NCBI GenBank assembly: GCA_951406725.2 | Contig: OX597820.1 | Location: 99,386,001 to 99,450,000 of the forward strand | Source of the DNA: Octopus vulgaris | Taxonomy: Eukaryota | Length of the DNA stretch: 64,000 nucleotides | Direction: 5' to 3' | Part shown: positions 26,231 through 39,923 of the stretch, one piece after another | Position numbering within the stretch: the stretch's first letter is position 1 | Layout of the letters: the number at the start of each line of letters is the position of its first letter | Made by a program: the position numbers and the translations under genes | The notes under the pieces: model-generated | Databases searched by the model: none | What the model saw: the letters and a program-made list of their open reading frames with translations, nothing else | Told to the model about the DNA's origin: nothing

Positions 26231-27518
26231 TTTTAAAAAAGGCCTGCACAGCACAATGTATCTTCATGTTTGCCCTGATTTGTTGTCATCTCCAATATGA
26301 AACTCAGAGTTCTGAGCTGTCTTTACCAGTTTGATTTTTATAGTTGAACAATTTTTTTATAAACTTTAATTTTCTTCATAAAAAATGTAGGAACATTTCT
26401 TAAGTATATTTTATGTAAAGTATATGTGACTAAGGTAATTTAAATTGAGACTTGTTTTAGATAAATTTTTAAATGTCATTTGGTAACAAATATAGATATA
26501 TAGTAATACTTCTCTTAACAAAATCTGTTTTAATGATGCTTTTCTTAAACTGTAAAAATAAAAAATTTAATTATCACATTGCATCTGAGTCTTTGTTCAT
26601 TTAATTTGCATGTTGATGAGCATGTTCACTGTTTTCAGTCTTTCTGCAACTCTTTCTTAAAACTTTTGAATTAATTCAAGCATTATTAAAAAGTTGAAAA
26701 TTTCACAATGGAAGCTCCTGCTTATTCTTTCATTCTTAAAAGATCAAAGACGCCTTTTCACATACTCAAAAAGCAATTAATTAAGATTTTCGAGTCCCAA
26801 GATGCAAATTTTGAATTAAGTAGGATTTCTGCAGGTCTAAATATATCTAAATACTAAAATCATGAAATTTATAAAAAAAATAAAAAATGCTGTGATGGAA
26901 ACAAGAAACTCTTGATGCATTTGTAATGGGGATAAAGAGATTCCTTCTTCAACTGTATGAAATGCAAAGGGTGATACCATTTAGGGTGATGAACCCAAAA
27001 GGAACAACACAGAATCATTCAGTGATTGTAAAGGATTTATTCAAATCACAGCACTTGAGATATGACTGGATATTTGCATGAAAGAATTGTAAAACAAATT
27101 CTTTAAGTTGAGTAAAATATTAGGGGACTTAGGAGCAGAGCAAGAATGTGAGATGGTTAGATAATAGACATAGTCTCAGTCAATCTGACCAGAAAATGTA
27201 ATGCTGGTTGCTTTTGATAAGACTCATAAGGAGGAAATGCCTGAAGATTACCTCACCACAACCCTCGCAGGAATAGTAAATGGAAAAATAAATGAATGGA
27301 TGAATTAGTTAGGTTGAAACTGTTATTTTATTGCTTCTATATTTAACACTTTAAAAATTGTTTTATGTCAAATTTCATCAGCCCCACTCTGCAACAATGT
27401 AGCATTATTTCTGTGTAATGTCACCTCTTATTTCAGTATCTTTTACTTAATGGTTGAACATTTGGAACCAGTTTAAATATTAAGTCAGAGTATATATCTA
27501 TATATATATATATATATA

Positions 27519-27712
27519 CCGGAGTAAACACATAAATGTGAAACAAGGTGGGAAAAAAGAGTACTCAAATACCAGTGGTAGAGTAATATGCTTTATTTAA
27601 AGCAGCAGAAAATTCTACAAAACCTCTTACTCTGAGTTTTACGATGAACGGCAACGCGAAACTCAGAGTAACAGGTTTTGTAGAATTTTCTGCTGCTTTA
27701 AATAAAGTATAT
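27519..27712. mobile_element. (TA)n-embedded fold-back element with hammerhead-like core at the hairpin apex
   Basis: Arms 27586-27639 and 27659-27712 are near-perfect inverted repeats. The apex reads CGATGA-ACGGCAACGC-GAAA-CTCAGAG-TA. Confidence 0.7.
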
Positions 27713-27764
27713 ATATATATATATATACAGTTTTTATTAAAACTCTCAGCTTCAGTTATAATAT

Positions 27765-27980
27765 ATTTCTTTATTGCCCACAAGGGGCTAAACACAGAGG
27801 GGACAAACAGATTAAGTCGATTACATCGACCCAAGTGCGTAACTAGTACTTATTTAATCGACCCTGAAAGGATGAAAAGCAAAGTCGACCTCAGCGGAAT
27901 TTGAACTCAGAACGTAACAGCAGACGAAATACCGCAAAGCATTTCGTCCAGTGTGCTAACGATTCTGCCAGCTCGCCGCC
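27765..27980 (-). mobile_element. SINE family A copy with TSD CAGCTTCAGTTAT
   Basis: Homology; duplication at ~27747 and ~27985. Confidence 0.85.
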
Positions 27981-28334
27981 GTTCCAGCTTCAGTTATGAT
28001 AGAAACCTTATCGTCTGCACTGTGTATGGAGCACTCCTTTCTCATTTGTTCAACATTAAGCAGGAAAACACACACACACACATTGTGTGTGTTTATGCCA
28101 CCTCACTTTAAACACTTTTATGTAGTCTGCTTCACTCTCCCATAATCTTTTACTCTTGAAATCCATGAACAGAGACCTTAAGACCATGCTTCAATGGAGT
28201 CAAGATAAACTTATCTCTTTCAGCAGCAGCACAAAGACTTGATTGCTACATTACCAAGGAAAAATCTTGTATTGCTCTTTCTACAGATGCTGGGCCTGAC
28301 AAATTCTCATCTCTTGAGGCAACCTTATATATAT

Positions 28335-28542
28335 AAAGTTAATCCAAACATGAAAACACAAAGAAAAAACACTACAACGTGAGGACATGGAACAAGTATA
28401 GTGTTATTGGATGCTCAGGAAAGGAAAGAAAGAAGTATTTAACGTTTTGAGCGAAGCTCTTCGTCGGAAATATAGGAAAAGGAAAGATCCAAGGAAGGGA
28501 AGACGGAGGAAAAAAAAATCGCCAACAATACACACGAGGTCA
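28335..28542 (-). mobile_element. (TA)n-flanked short PLE-type repeat with a degenerate minimal hammerhead
   Basis: Minus strand reads TATTT-CCGACGA-AGAGCTTCGCTC-AAAA-CG-TT-AAATA (28436-28472); TA runs on both sides. Confidence 0.55.
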
Positions 28543-28568
28543 TATATATATATAACATTTCTAAAACT

Positions 28569-29005
28569 AATTAGAAATATTAAATTTCTAAATGTCTCAA
28601 AGAGACGAGCGGTGGTGGGGCGATAGAGTGGTTGTATAATGTCAACATAACGTGGCAGTCCTGTCACCGCTCATGTCTCTGAGACATTTAGAAATTTAAT
28701 ATTTCTAATTACGGTGACCAGTGAATAGATTTCACTGTAAATATATATATTTGTGAAGGCCAGACAGGCACCTCAGTCAGCAGATCTCACTATCCTGGGC
28801 TGATGACGGGTTAAGACCCAGAAACATGCATGTCCTCAGGTGTGAATCTTGGCTGGTGGGGGTGCTTGCCTCCCCTTCACAAATATAAGGACACAGGAAA
28901 TGTATCAAAGCCGACAGGAAGCGTCGACGCTTCCTAGGGCTAAACAGCAGTGGTGTAATTCCCATACGGGACTGTCACGTTATGTTGACAGTATACAACC
29001 ACTCT
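28569..29005 (+). mobile_element. Retrozyme-like non-autonomous retroelement with 5' inverted segment and 12-bp TSD
   Basis: ATTTCTAAAACT duplicated at 28557-28568 and 29006-29017. 28569-28664 is an inverted copy of the element's end fused to its start. Contains a hammerhead. Confidence 0.75.
28782..28849 (+). ncRNA. Type I hammerhead ribozyme
   Basis: Stem I CCUGGG/CUCAGG, extended by AGAUCUCAC/GUGAAUCU. Core CUGAUGA (28800-28806). Stem II GGGU-UAAG-ACCC. GAAA (28821-28824). Palindromic stem III ACAUGCAUGU. Cleavage triplet GUC (28832-28834). Confidence 0.82.
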
Positions 29006-29465
29006 ATTTCTAAAACTGCATGAGAATAACTAAGAATCCTCTTTAGAGACAGGTAATACTTCAGTCTCAATCACTAAATTTCTACAAAGCTTATAGTAAG
29101 ACCAACATAAGAATATTGCTAAGATCTACGGGACAGAGATGCTGCCATACTCATTATCATCTTAGGATATATCCAAAAGACAGCAGTTTGGTTAGCAAAT
29201 ATTTAATCATGAATAAGTTTCACAAACTTGTTCTGCTTTCATTACTGTAATGACTCCTAAGTTCCTCTGAATTACCTAACTTTATATCTAGATTCACCCA
29301 TTTCTTCAATCTCTGTTATGTACACACTAAACATTTTACCCAATTCTTACACTCCAGAACAGCCGTTTTATGGATTTCCTACATCTTTCCTGTAGATATT
29401 CTATATGAACATCAACCTCACCAATATCACTAGTTTGACAGAATCTGCAAAAAATCATGGCCACT

Positions 29466-29869
29466 ACTCTTTTACTCTTTTACTTGTTTCAGTCATGTGA
29501 CTGTGGCTATGCTGTAGCACCGCCTTTAGTCGAGGAAATCGACCCCAGGACTTATTCTTTGTAAGCCTAGTACTTATTCTATCGGTCTGTTTTGCCGAAC
29601 TGCTAAGTTACAGGGACGTAAACACACCAGCATCGGTTGTCAAGCGATGTTGGGGGGACAAACACAGACACAAAAACATATACACACACACATATATATA
29701 TACATATATATGACGGGCTTCTTTCAGTTTCCGTCTACCAAATCCACTCACAAGGCTTTGGTTGGCCCCGAGGCTATAGTAGAAGACACTTGCCCAAGGT
29801 GCCATGCAGTGTGACTGAACCCAGAACCATGTGGTTGGTAAGCAAGCTACTTACCACACAGCCACTCCT
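29466..29869 (-). mobile_element. SINE family B copy
   Basis: Reverse homology. Confidence 0.88.
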
Positions 29870-30417
29870 CCTCCTTTCATTAACTTACAATAAACAATAA
29901 CAAAGAGATACCATTGTGAATATTTTTTTTATTAAAAATACTCTTTCAGAATATTCATTATACACATATTTTGTGTGACAATTTTCCAGAAGGGAGAAAA
30001 AGATATTGATATACATAGATATATGACATGTCTAAATAGCAGAGAAAAAAAAAGTATTCTTGTAAGTCAATGATAGCATCACTGTACAGTTAAACCAAGT
30101 GTATAGTCACTCGTTTGCTGGTAACCCCATTCACAGCAGTTATTATTATTGATGTTGGTGATATGAAAAAGGAAAAGTATAAAAGAAAGTAAATAAGGTG
30201 ACGATAAAAAATTAGAAAGTTTTATTGAGTAAAAGTTAATTAACATAGGTTAATGTCAGTTAGCAAGCCTGTTGCTAATTTTCTGATGTATAATAAAGTG
30301 GAGTGCAGAATGGATACTATGCAGCTGTAAGTTTATCTGGACTAAATATCTTAATGAGGAAAATAGTTTTAAATCGTTAGTGTATACAATGTTTCTGACT
30401 TTTTTGCTGGTGTAACT

Positions 30418-30595
30418 ATAATAATAATAATAATAATAATGAAATTTTTGTATACAGTGCTCAGGTGCACCACAACTTGTCAAAAGTGTGTATAAAGTAT
30501 ATGCAGTAATGTACAAATGTCTGGGAAGCGAACAGTGTATGAGTCAGATACATGCTTGCGTGTGTATGGAGTGGAGAAAATTAGGTGTAGTGTAT
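30418..30595 (-). mobile_element. CR1-type LINE 3' end
   Basis: Reverse copy of 12660-12790 with (AAT)n. Confidence 0.75.
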
Positions 30596-30997
30596 ACCTG
30601 CAGCACCCTATCTAGTTCTTGATAAAATGGCATACAATTAACAATAATTGTATCTGTCAAATACTTATTTTATTCAATGATTGACATTGAAATTTATTGA
30701 TTGTCTTTGCAAAATCCACTTGTAGTGGGAGCTGTAATTTCATAAGGATGAATGGCTGAAGGTTTAATTTTTAGTGCAATGATATATTTTTCATAATGTT
30801 TAGCTTTAGCTTCCAAAACACTGTTGTCTTTAGGTGATCATGCTTGTAGTCTATGGGTCCATTCCATTGTTTATAATCTCTGAATACTGGCCTGTTGAAC
30901 AGTTCATGACTCCTCTACATCTAGAGCATCAGAATGCTCCAATATCATTTGTGTGTCTTTGTATGCAGAACTGAATTTCTACCAAATTTTTACATAT

Positions 30998-31378
30998 AGG
31001 CACAGGAGTGGCTGTGTGGTAAGTAGATTGCTTACCAACCACATGGTTCCGGGTTCAGTCCCACTACGTTCCTTGGGCAAGTGTCTTCTACTATAGCCTG
31101 GGTCGACCAAAGGCTTGTCAGTGGATTTGGTAGACGGAAACTGAAAGAAGCCCATCGTATATATGTATATTTATATGTATGTGTGTGTGTGTCCCAACAT
31201 TGCTTGACAACCAATGCTGGTGTGTTTACATCCCTGTAACTTATGGGTTCGGCAAAAGAGACCGATATAATAAGTACTAGGCTTACAAAGAATAAGTCCT
31301 GGGGTTGATGTGCTCAACTAAAGGCGGTGCTCCAGCATGGCTACAGTCACATGACTGAAACAAGTAAAAGGGTAAAAG
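30998..31378 (+). mobile_element. SINE family B copy
   Basis: Homology. Confidence 0.88.
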
Positions 31379-32751
31379 TGTATATTTGCAAGCCACTTTC
31401 CAAAAGGCAGATTTTGAGATTTTGTACTCTGTTATTAATGTTGTCTTTTGAGTCTAATTTCTTGACTATTCTTTTGGAAGCTTTTCTGAAAGTCTTTTGA
31501 CATATAAAATTAATCCTAAAGACAACAGTCTTGAAATCCTAAGATGCCTGAAAGTGTAGCAGATGTGGTAACTGCATGCCATTGTAGTTTCACAAGAGAA
31601 AGGCTACATTGAAAATATGTAATCACCAGGAGAGATTTCTAGAGATGGTGGGTCTACCATTTAAAGCAATTGTGTGGGTTCTAGTTACGTGTGATTCATG
31701 TTTAGGGGTGAGTAAGGTAATGTTTTATTGATATGTGTAATGATTGTGGTTTTTTTTTGCTGTTGAAAGAGACAAGATAGGCATGACCCTCCTAGAGGAT
31801 ATTTTTGAGGTCTCTGTTCATGGGGACTGTGCAGATTTGGTGAGTCATGAAATGGTTGCATGTAGATGATCTGGAGTGTAGAAAGTTAGGGAAACCACAT
31901 TCTGATGGAGGTGCTGTGCTATAGGTAACAAACCTATAACTATCACAAAATGTGAAAGAAACATCTATCACTGGCTGTGAAGCTATGGATAAAATTGTTT
32001 TGATTTCATTTTTATGTTGTTTTTTTTTAATGGAGAAAGTTAGAAAATATAGAGACTACCATATTGGCATTAAATTTACTATTATCAAAGATCAACACCC
32101 AAATCTATTCGTTCAACCCTACACATCACTTATGTATAAAAATTTATAGAGTTACATAAAAACATTTTAAAATGATTATCATCATCATCGTTTAATGTCT
32201 GCTTTCCATGCTAGCATGGGTTAGACGATTTGACTGAGGTCTGACAAACCAGATGGCTGCACCAGGCTCCAATCTGATCTGGTAGACTTTCTACAGCTGG
32301 ATGCCCTTCCTAATGCCAGTATATGCTATCCAACTGCTAATTTCAATTATTTGCTGATTCTCTCTTCCTTTTCTATAGGTGCTGTGTCTCCACCAATATT
32401 GGAAATCAAATGAAAAAACCATTACTAACTTTACATAAACAACTAAGTTGCCCTGGTTATTTCAAAACTATGATAAATTTCTTTACATAGTTGAAGATAT
32501 TAAGTTGATAATGAACCATTGCCAGATATGTTAAATCAAATCTAATAATCATCATTAGGAATCAACACCTCTCATGAAAGCTAAACTATAGGATATACAT
32601 CAGAGAATGATGTATTGATATATATAATATGGGTGTATTACATTTACATATATTTATTTGCTGGATCTAAAGAAAGGGAGTAGTACCCATAGCACTTGCA
32701 GGCCCCACTAGATTGTTGATATGATTAATGTTTCACTTAAACCTATTTTTT

Positions 32752-32975
32752 TTTACTACCCACAAGGGGCTAAACACAGAGAGGACAAACAAGGACAGAC
32801 AAATGGATTAAGTCGATTATATCGACCCCAGTGCGTAACTGGTACTTATTTAATCGACCCCGAAAGGATGAAAGGCAAAGTCGACCTCGGTGGAATTTGA
32901 ACTCAGAACGTAACGGCAGACAAAATATGGCTATGCATTTCGCCCGGTGTGCTAACGTTTCTGCCAGCTCACCGC
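32752..32975 (-). mobile_element. SINE family A copy
   Basis: Homology. Confidence 0.85.
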
Positions 32976-34625
32976 CATATAAACCTTTCTAAGGCAACAT
33001 CTTTGGGGAAAGATATGAGCAAGGAGGAAATTCCAAAAGGCCAATATTCTGGGTATAATAATCAGTGTAGGGCCTGTGGGGCAGGACACAACAAGGGTGA
33101 TAAGAAAGAGGAGTGATGAGTGAAGGTGACATGTGTGTGTGTGTGTGTGTATGTAGGTATGTATGTAGGTCTCTTATGTGTACTGTTAGTGACATATAAT
33201 CTAGTACAACTTGTTACATGGTCAGGTCATTGGTGACTAAACCATCACTTACATTAGGCTAGTCAAGTGAGGCAGTTTGCTGGAATTCCAAGGCAAAATC
33301 ACGACCGATCAAAAAAGGACGGAAGACGGTCAATAACTTTCTAGAAAAAAGTATGCGAAAAATTTAAATTAGTGAATTATATCAGTGAGCATGGACGGAA
33401 AAATTGTAAGGGAAAGGGGACTGGAAGAGAGAAATAGACAGTGTGGTAAGGAGTCCTTAGAGAGTCATGGCAAGAGGTGTATGGGTCATGGGATAGGCCA
33501 GATAGAGATGTGAATGATGAAAAGCTAATGAAGTTGAGTATGTAATCCCTGTTCCCTTGTCATTCCATTAATTTCATATTATATTCTGTGTTTGTCTCAC
33601 ACTTTATTCTAAAGCATATATGTATTGAGCTATAACAGCAGGTTATTAAGAATGTGTGTATATGTACAAATAAAAGGTAATGGTAATGAACAGGATAATT
33701 ATATTAATAATGACGTAAAGAAACATTAGCTGTATTGGAGGCATCTTTTCTTTCTTTTTCTATTTACAGCTAGGCCTTTGAATTTTCAGGTCTTTGAATT
33801 TTCCTAAGGGTCACATTGTTTTTGTGTTGTTTAGCCCTGGAAAGTCAATCAGTATTTTATTTCATTTCCTTAGCAAAATTCAAAGACTTTTTATATCTGT
33901 ATATAAATAAATAAAGAAATGATGTCTCCATTACTTCTAACTAATTTTTCTTTCTATCATTATCAATATATATATATATATATTTAAAGCTGGCAAGGTC
34001 ACAGTGTTTTGTTTTGCAACCAAAACATACTATCAAGTATATTAAAATTTTTACAAGTCAATATTGTGTCTCATCTTGTGTTAGCAGTGCAGTATACTCA
34101 CTTTTGAGCTTATAGATTTCTGATAGAACTCAGCGCCTACACTGCACTGCAAATTATGATATTTCATATAGAAATACATCTATGTAAACAAAGATGTATT
34201 CATATACAAAGCTTAACAACTTACAGACCTGTCTCTGAATTCTATAGGAAATCCATAGAGAGAAACTTAAAAGTCAATATATATATGTTGGCTTTGTCAA
34301 TATATATAAGATAGTGCGTTATTGTGATTATGAGTTGTTTTTGACTCTTATATCTAGCACTCTCAGTTGCTTTAGTGACATATATATTTTAGCCTTTTGG
34401 TTGAAAAATTACTAACAAGCCACCCATATTATATATGTATATATATATACACACACACACACACAAACACACATAAGCATACATACATATATATGTACAC
34501 ACACATACATGTATGTATGCATATATATAAAACTTTAGTTGGTATGATGTGCCCCATGATTTTAAATCATAGACAGAGTGTGGGTGCTGTCTTCACATAT
34601 GTAATTCTTCCACTGATATAATGTC

Positions 34626-34668
34626 TTAAGTTGGACTGCTAAATATTCTCAAGCCAGAATGATGAAAC
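34626..34668 (-). CDS. Ceramide kinase-like protein, last coding exon (R)FHHSGLRIFSSPT*
   Basis: Acceptor ttttttttgcag; phase 2 matches the previous exon; resembles the C-terminal R.HP.L..LF segment of CERK/CERKL. Confidence 0.8.
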
Positions 34669-35559
34669 CTGCAAAAAAAAAATAATAATATTAATAATAA
34701 CAACAACAATAACAGGCTTGTGCTGAATATAACAACATGGATGTTGTAACATATCTCTTGGTAAAAATAGAAATAAAATTCAATGTCACCAATTCCAAGA
34801 GCAAAATTAACAAAAATAACAGAAACTGATGCTATACAAATCCTCATTTAGTAAAAATGATAATGGTTTTATATCTTGTATGCACTTATAAAATACAAAA
34901 CCAGAGAACAAGTAAACATTACAACTCCAACAAAACAAAATGAAATTTTAAAAAATGTCCAACCCATGCTAGCATGGAAAACGGACGCTAAACGATGATG
35001 ATGATGATGAAAGAAGTCCTCAATATGAGCACAGGTTGACTTAGTTCCACATTACTCAAAATTTTGCAGGTGCAGGTGAGAGGCCAAAGTTGTAGTTACT
35101 TATTTGCACCTATGAAATATTGAACAATGTGAAGCTGAGTCAACCTGTTTATTTCTACCTATATATATATATATATATGTAAAATCAAAATAAGTATCAA
35201 GGATATCCAGAGGTAATGTTGTATAATCGTTTCATGCAACTCCATTTAATTGAACATTACATCAATTTAAAATGCTGAGCACCCCCCCCCCCAACATATC
35301 TTGCCTTTTTCCCATTATACTTTTGCTTGTTCCATCTTCCCACTCATTTTGGTCCTGATGTGATTGTTCTCTCTCCAATTCTACTCCTCAGTCATCTGAG
35401 CAAATGCACACACCCTATGTTATTGAGTACTTTCAACAGCTGCTCACTCTTAATTACCTCCCAACTACTCATTTCTGGTCTTTCTGCCATCATTGTTCCC
35501 TTTCCTTTCTCACCTAGGTCTACATTCTGAGCACTTTCTATATTTACATTTACAGTGCA

Positions 35560-35900
35560 CATGGCGTCCCTGAGTAGGTCAATCAGTATACTCCAGGTCA
35601 GTAGGGTGGTAGTTCACAACGGTAATGCCAGAGATTTGCTCATTGCACAATTGAAGAAAACCCAATTTACCTGCATGCAGCCCTTGGCACTGCTATAGAG
35701 CTGTCAGAGCAAGATGGAGATCTTGGGAGGCATGCCAACGAGTTTGAGAATTTTCCAGGAGGCTGCATATTCAACTGCGTTGAAAGCTGCTTTGAGGTTA
35801 AGGATACTGAGGGGCTGGCACAGGACCACTAATGAAGGAGAACACTGGTGGACCTGGTCAGCTCTATGCATGATGTTGTCTCTGGGACCACTAACCTGAG
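35560..35900 (-). mobile_element. Old LINE RT fragment
   Basis: LNLKAAFNAV..SWKILKLVGMPPKI resembles the RT motif DLKxAFDxV..LWxxL..GxP. Confidence 0.6.
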
Positions 35901-36027
35901 ATGACTCCAGCCCCATCAAACAAGAGCATAAAGCAAGCATAGCTCTATGTCTACTGTTCATACTGTAAAAATAGTTGGCTAATGAGCTGAGAAAGTGTAA
36001 GGATGTGAGCCAACTGTATGTATATAT

Positions 36028-36330
36028 CACGTGATCACGTGACCGACCAGACCATCAGATCTTGTTACACATCGCTGGTCACAATGCGTTCGCATTGTTT
36101 TAGCCTTCGAATGACGCCACCCCGCTGGCTAAGCGAGCAGGCCAACAGAAGAAAGAGTGGGAGAGAGTGGTGAAGGAGTACAGCAGGGATCACCACACCC
36201 TGCCGGAGCCTCGTGGAGTTTTTAGGTGTTTTCACTTAATAAACACTCACAATGCTCGGTCTGGGAATCGAAACCGCGATCCTACGACTGCGAGACCGCT
36301 GCCCTAACCACTGGGCCATTGCGCCTCCGC
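36028..36330 (-). mobile_element. tRNA-derived SINE family C, tail type 1
   Basis: Minus-strand head GGAGGCGCAATGGCCCAGTGGTTAGGGCAG...GGTTTCGATTCCCAG, shared with 52830-53216. Confidence 0.85.
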
Positions 36331-37641
<1,311 letters not shown>

Positions 37642-37770
37642 TAACACATACAAAATAATACACTCACGCACACAAACTCATATACAAGGCTCAATTATAT
37701 ACATACATATGACCAAATAAGAACACACTCATATCCATTCATTACACCTCCAAATACTCATATTACTCAC

Positions 37771-37913
37771 CTGATATCAATTACATTTGATGTTATAGTT
37801 AATAACTCCCCATCACAGTTCAGGTACACATTTCGATTGCTGATGAGGTTTGGCTCAACAAGTTCGATCCTACATGAGGACATCTGTACACAGTCTACAT
37901 AATTCAGGCCAAA
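37771..37913 (-). CDS. Ceramide kinase-like exon (143 bp) with NCDGE motif
   Basis: FGLNYVDCVQMSSCRIELVEPNLISNRNVYLNCDGELLTITSNVIDI; tttttttag acceptor, gtgagt donor; phase 0 to 2. Confidence 0.9.
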
Positions 37914-38930
37914 CTAAAAAAAGATGGTAAATTAATTTAGTATTAACAATATGCCAGCATGGAAGGCAGGTGTTAAACAATGATTATGATGATGATGGTG
38001 ATAATGAATATTTACAGCATAGGTCATTTAAACTGTTAACTAGAAAGAAATATGTAGTTAAGGTGGGACAATACTCTTCAGTGACAAATATCGGAGCAAC
38101 ACTTCATCAGGCTCCAGTCTGATTAGGCAGTTTTTCTACAGCTGGATGCCCTTCCTAACACCAACCACTCTGTGAGTGTAGTGGGTGTTTTTTATGTGCC
38201 ACTGGCACAGGAGCCAGCACAGGCTGGCAAACGGACACGATCGGTTGGTGCTTTTACGTGTCACCGACACAAACGCCAATCAGGCGATGCTAGTAACTGC
38301 CACGTTCGAATGGTGCTTTTACGTGTCACCAGCTCTGGTGTCTTAACTACAATTACCATTCGAATTTTTGATGTCAACGAACTTGACTCAACAGGTCTCC
38401 TCAAGAATAACGGGTCACTCTACGATCCAAGGTTAGCACAGCAGGCTGTCACTCACATAGTAGTTGTGTGCATGCATGCATGAGTGCACATTAATTACAC
38501 ACAGGTGCGCAAAACCAACATGAATACATTAACACACACACACATATACATATGTGCGCATGCACACACACACTTATATATATACATAAACATACATACA
38601 CAGATATATGTATGTGCATGTGTGTCTGTGATTGTGTTTGTGTGTATGTGTGTTTTTTCTCTTTTAATATTTAAGTTCTTACAAAGACAGGGCTGGTTTC
38701 GAACGAAAGAACAAAGCGCTCTCTCTCTCTCTCTCTCTCCCTCTTTCTCACTCACTCATTCTCTCTCTCTCACTCTCTCTTTTTTGCCCTGGTTCAATTT
38801 ACATGTTGAACCTTTGAAAAATCTTGCACATATTTTTACTGTTCCGCTTACAGTACTAGCAATTTATATATGTATACATATATACATGCACATATTTATA
38901 CACACACACACACACATACACAAAGACATA

Positions 38931-38972
<42 letters not shown>

Positions 38973-39009
38973 CAAACACAAGCAGATAACAAACTGGGAC
39001 TCCATTAGT

Positions 39010-39612
39010 TATGATCACGAGGGTTCTAGTTGATTTGATCAACAGTTTGGAACCCCTATCTTGCTCAGAACATTGACCTCCTGGAATCTGTTCAGAGACA
39101 TGCAACCAAACGCATACCCTCCATCAGACACCTACCATACTCTGAGCGCCTTGTTTCCCTGGGCATGGATTCACTGAAGCTCCGGCGTCTGGTGATGGAC
39201 TTGGTAAACACCCACAAAGTTATCAACCACCTCACCAACAACAACACTGAACACCTTTTTGATCTCCATGTGTCCAACACACATGGACATGCCTACAAAG
39301 TCAGAAAACAGCACAGCTCCCATGACCTTCGGAAACATTTTTTCACGCTCAGAGTTGCTGAAGCATGGAACAAACTGCCTGCGTCAGTTGTTGACTGCCA
39401 TGACACTGCATCCTTTAAGGCCCTCATGCTTTCCGAAATCCACCGAAACTACACCTGATTGTCCCCCTTCCATACTCATACACATATGTGTATGTCATGA
39501 CTCATGCACTGTTCTTTTCCTGACACTTGTACATTACCCTATGTACTATACATACACTTTAGATGAGTTGTAGTGCACCTGAGCACTGTACACAATGTTT
39601 TATTATTATTAT
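39010..39612 (+). mobile_element. CR1-clade LINE 3' fragment
   Basis: LESVQRHATKRI..YSERL..LRKHFFTLRVAEAWNKLPASVV C-terminal motifs, 3'UTR and (ATT)n tail. Confidence 0.88.
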
Positions 39613-39923
39613 ATTATATTTAACACATTCATGACAATCTTCTACACAGACAAGGAAAGAAGAAAAGAGAAGAGAAGAAGCTGGAATGAGACTAGAACAG
39701 TAACATAAAGCAGAGCTGGTTGGAGAGATTGTATTGTGGCCTTATGTGCTTCATGGCATGGAGAGAACTAACTAACCAATCAACCACCCACCCAACCAAA
39801 CAATCAACCAATCAACCAACCACCTAACTAGCCAAGCAACCAACTAACACTGTACACATAAAACTCTGAATAAAAATAAAGACACAGAACAGTAAAGTGT
39901 AAATCCTAACATTCAGTACTTAC

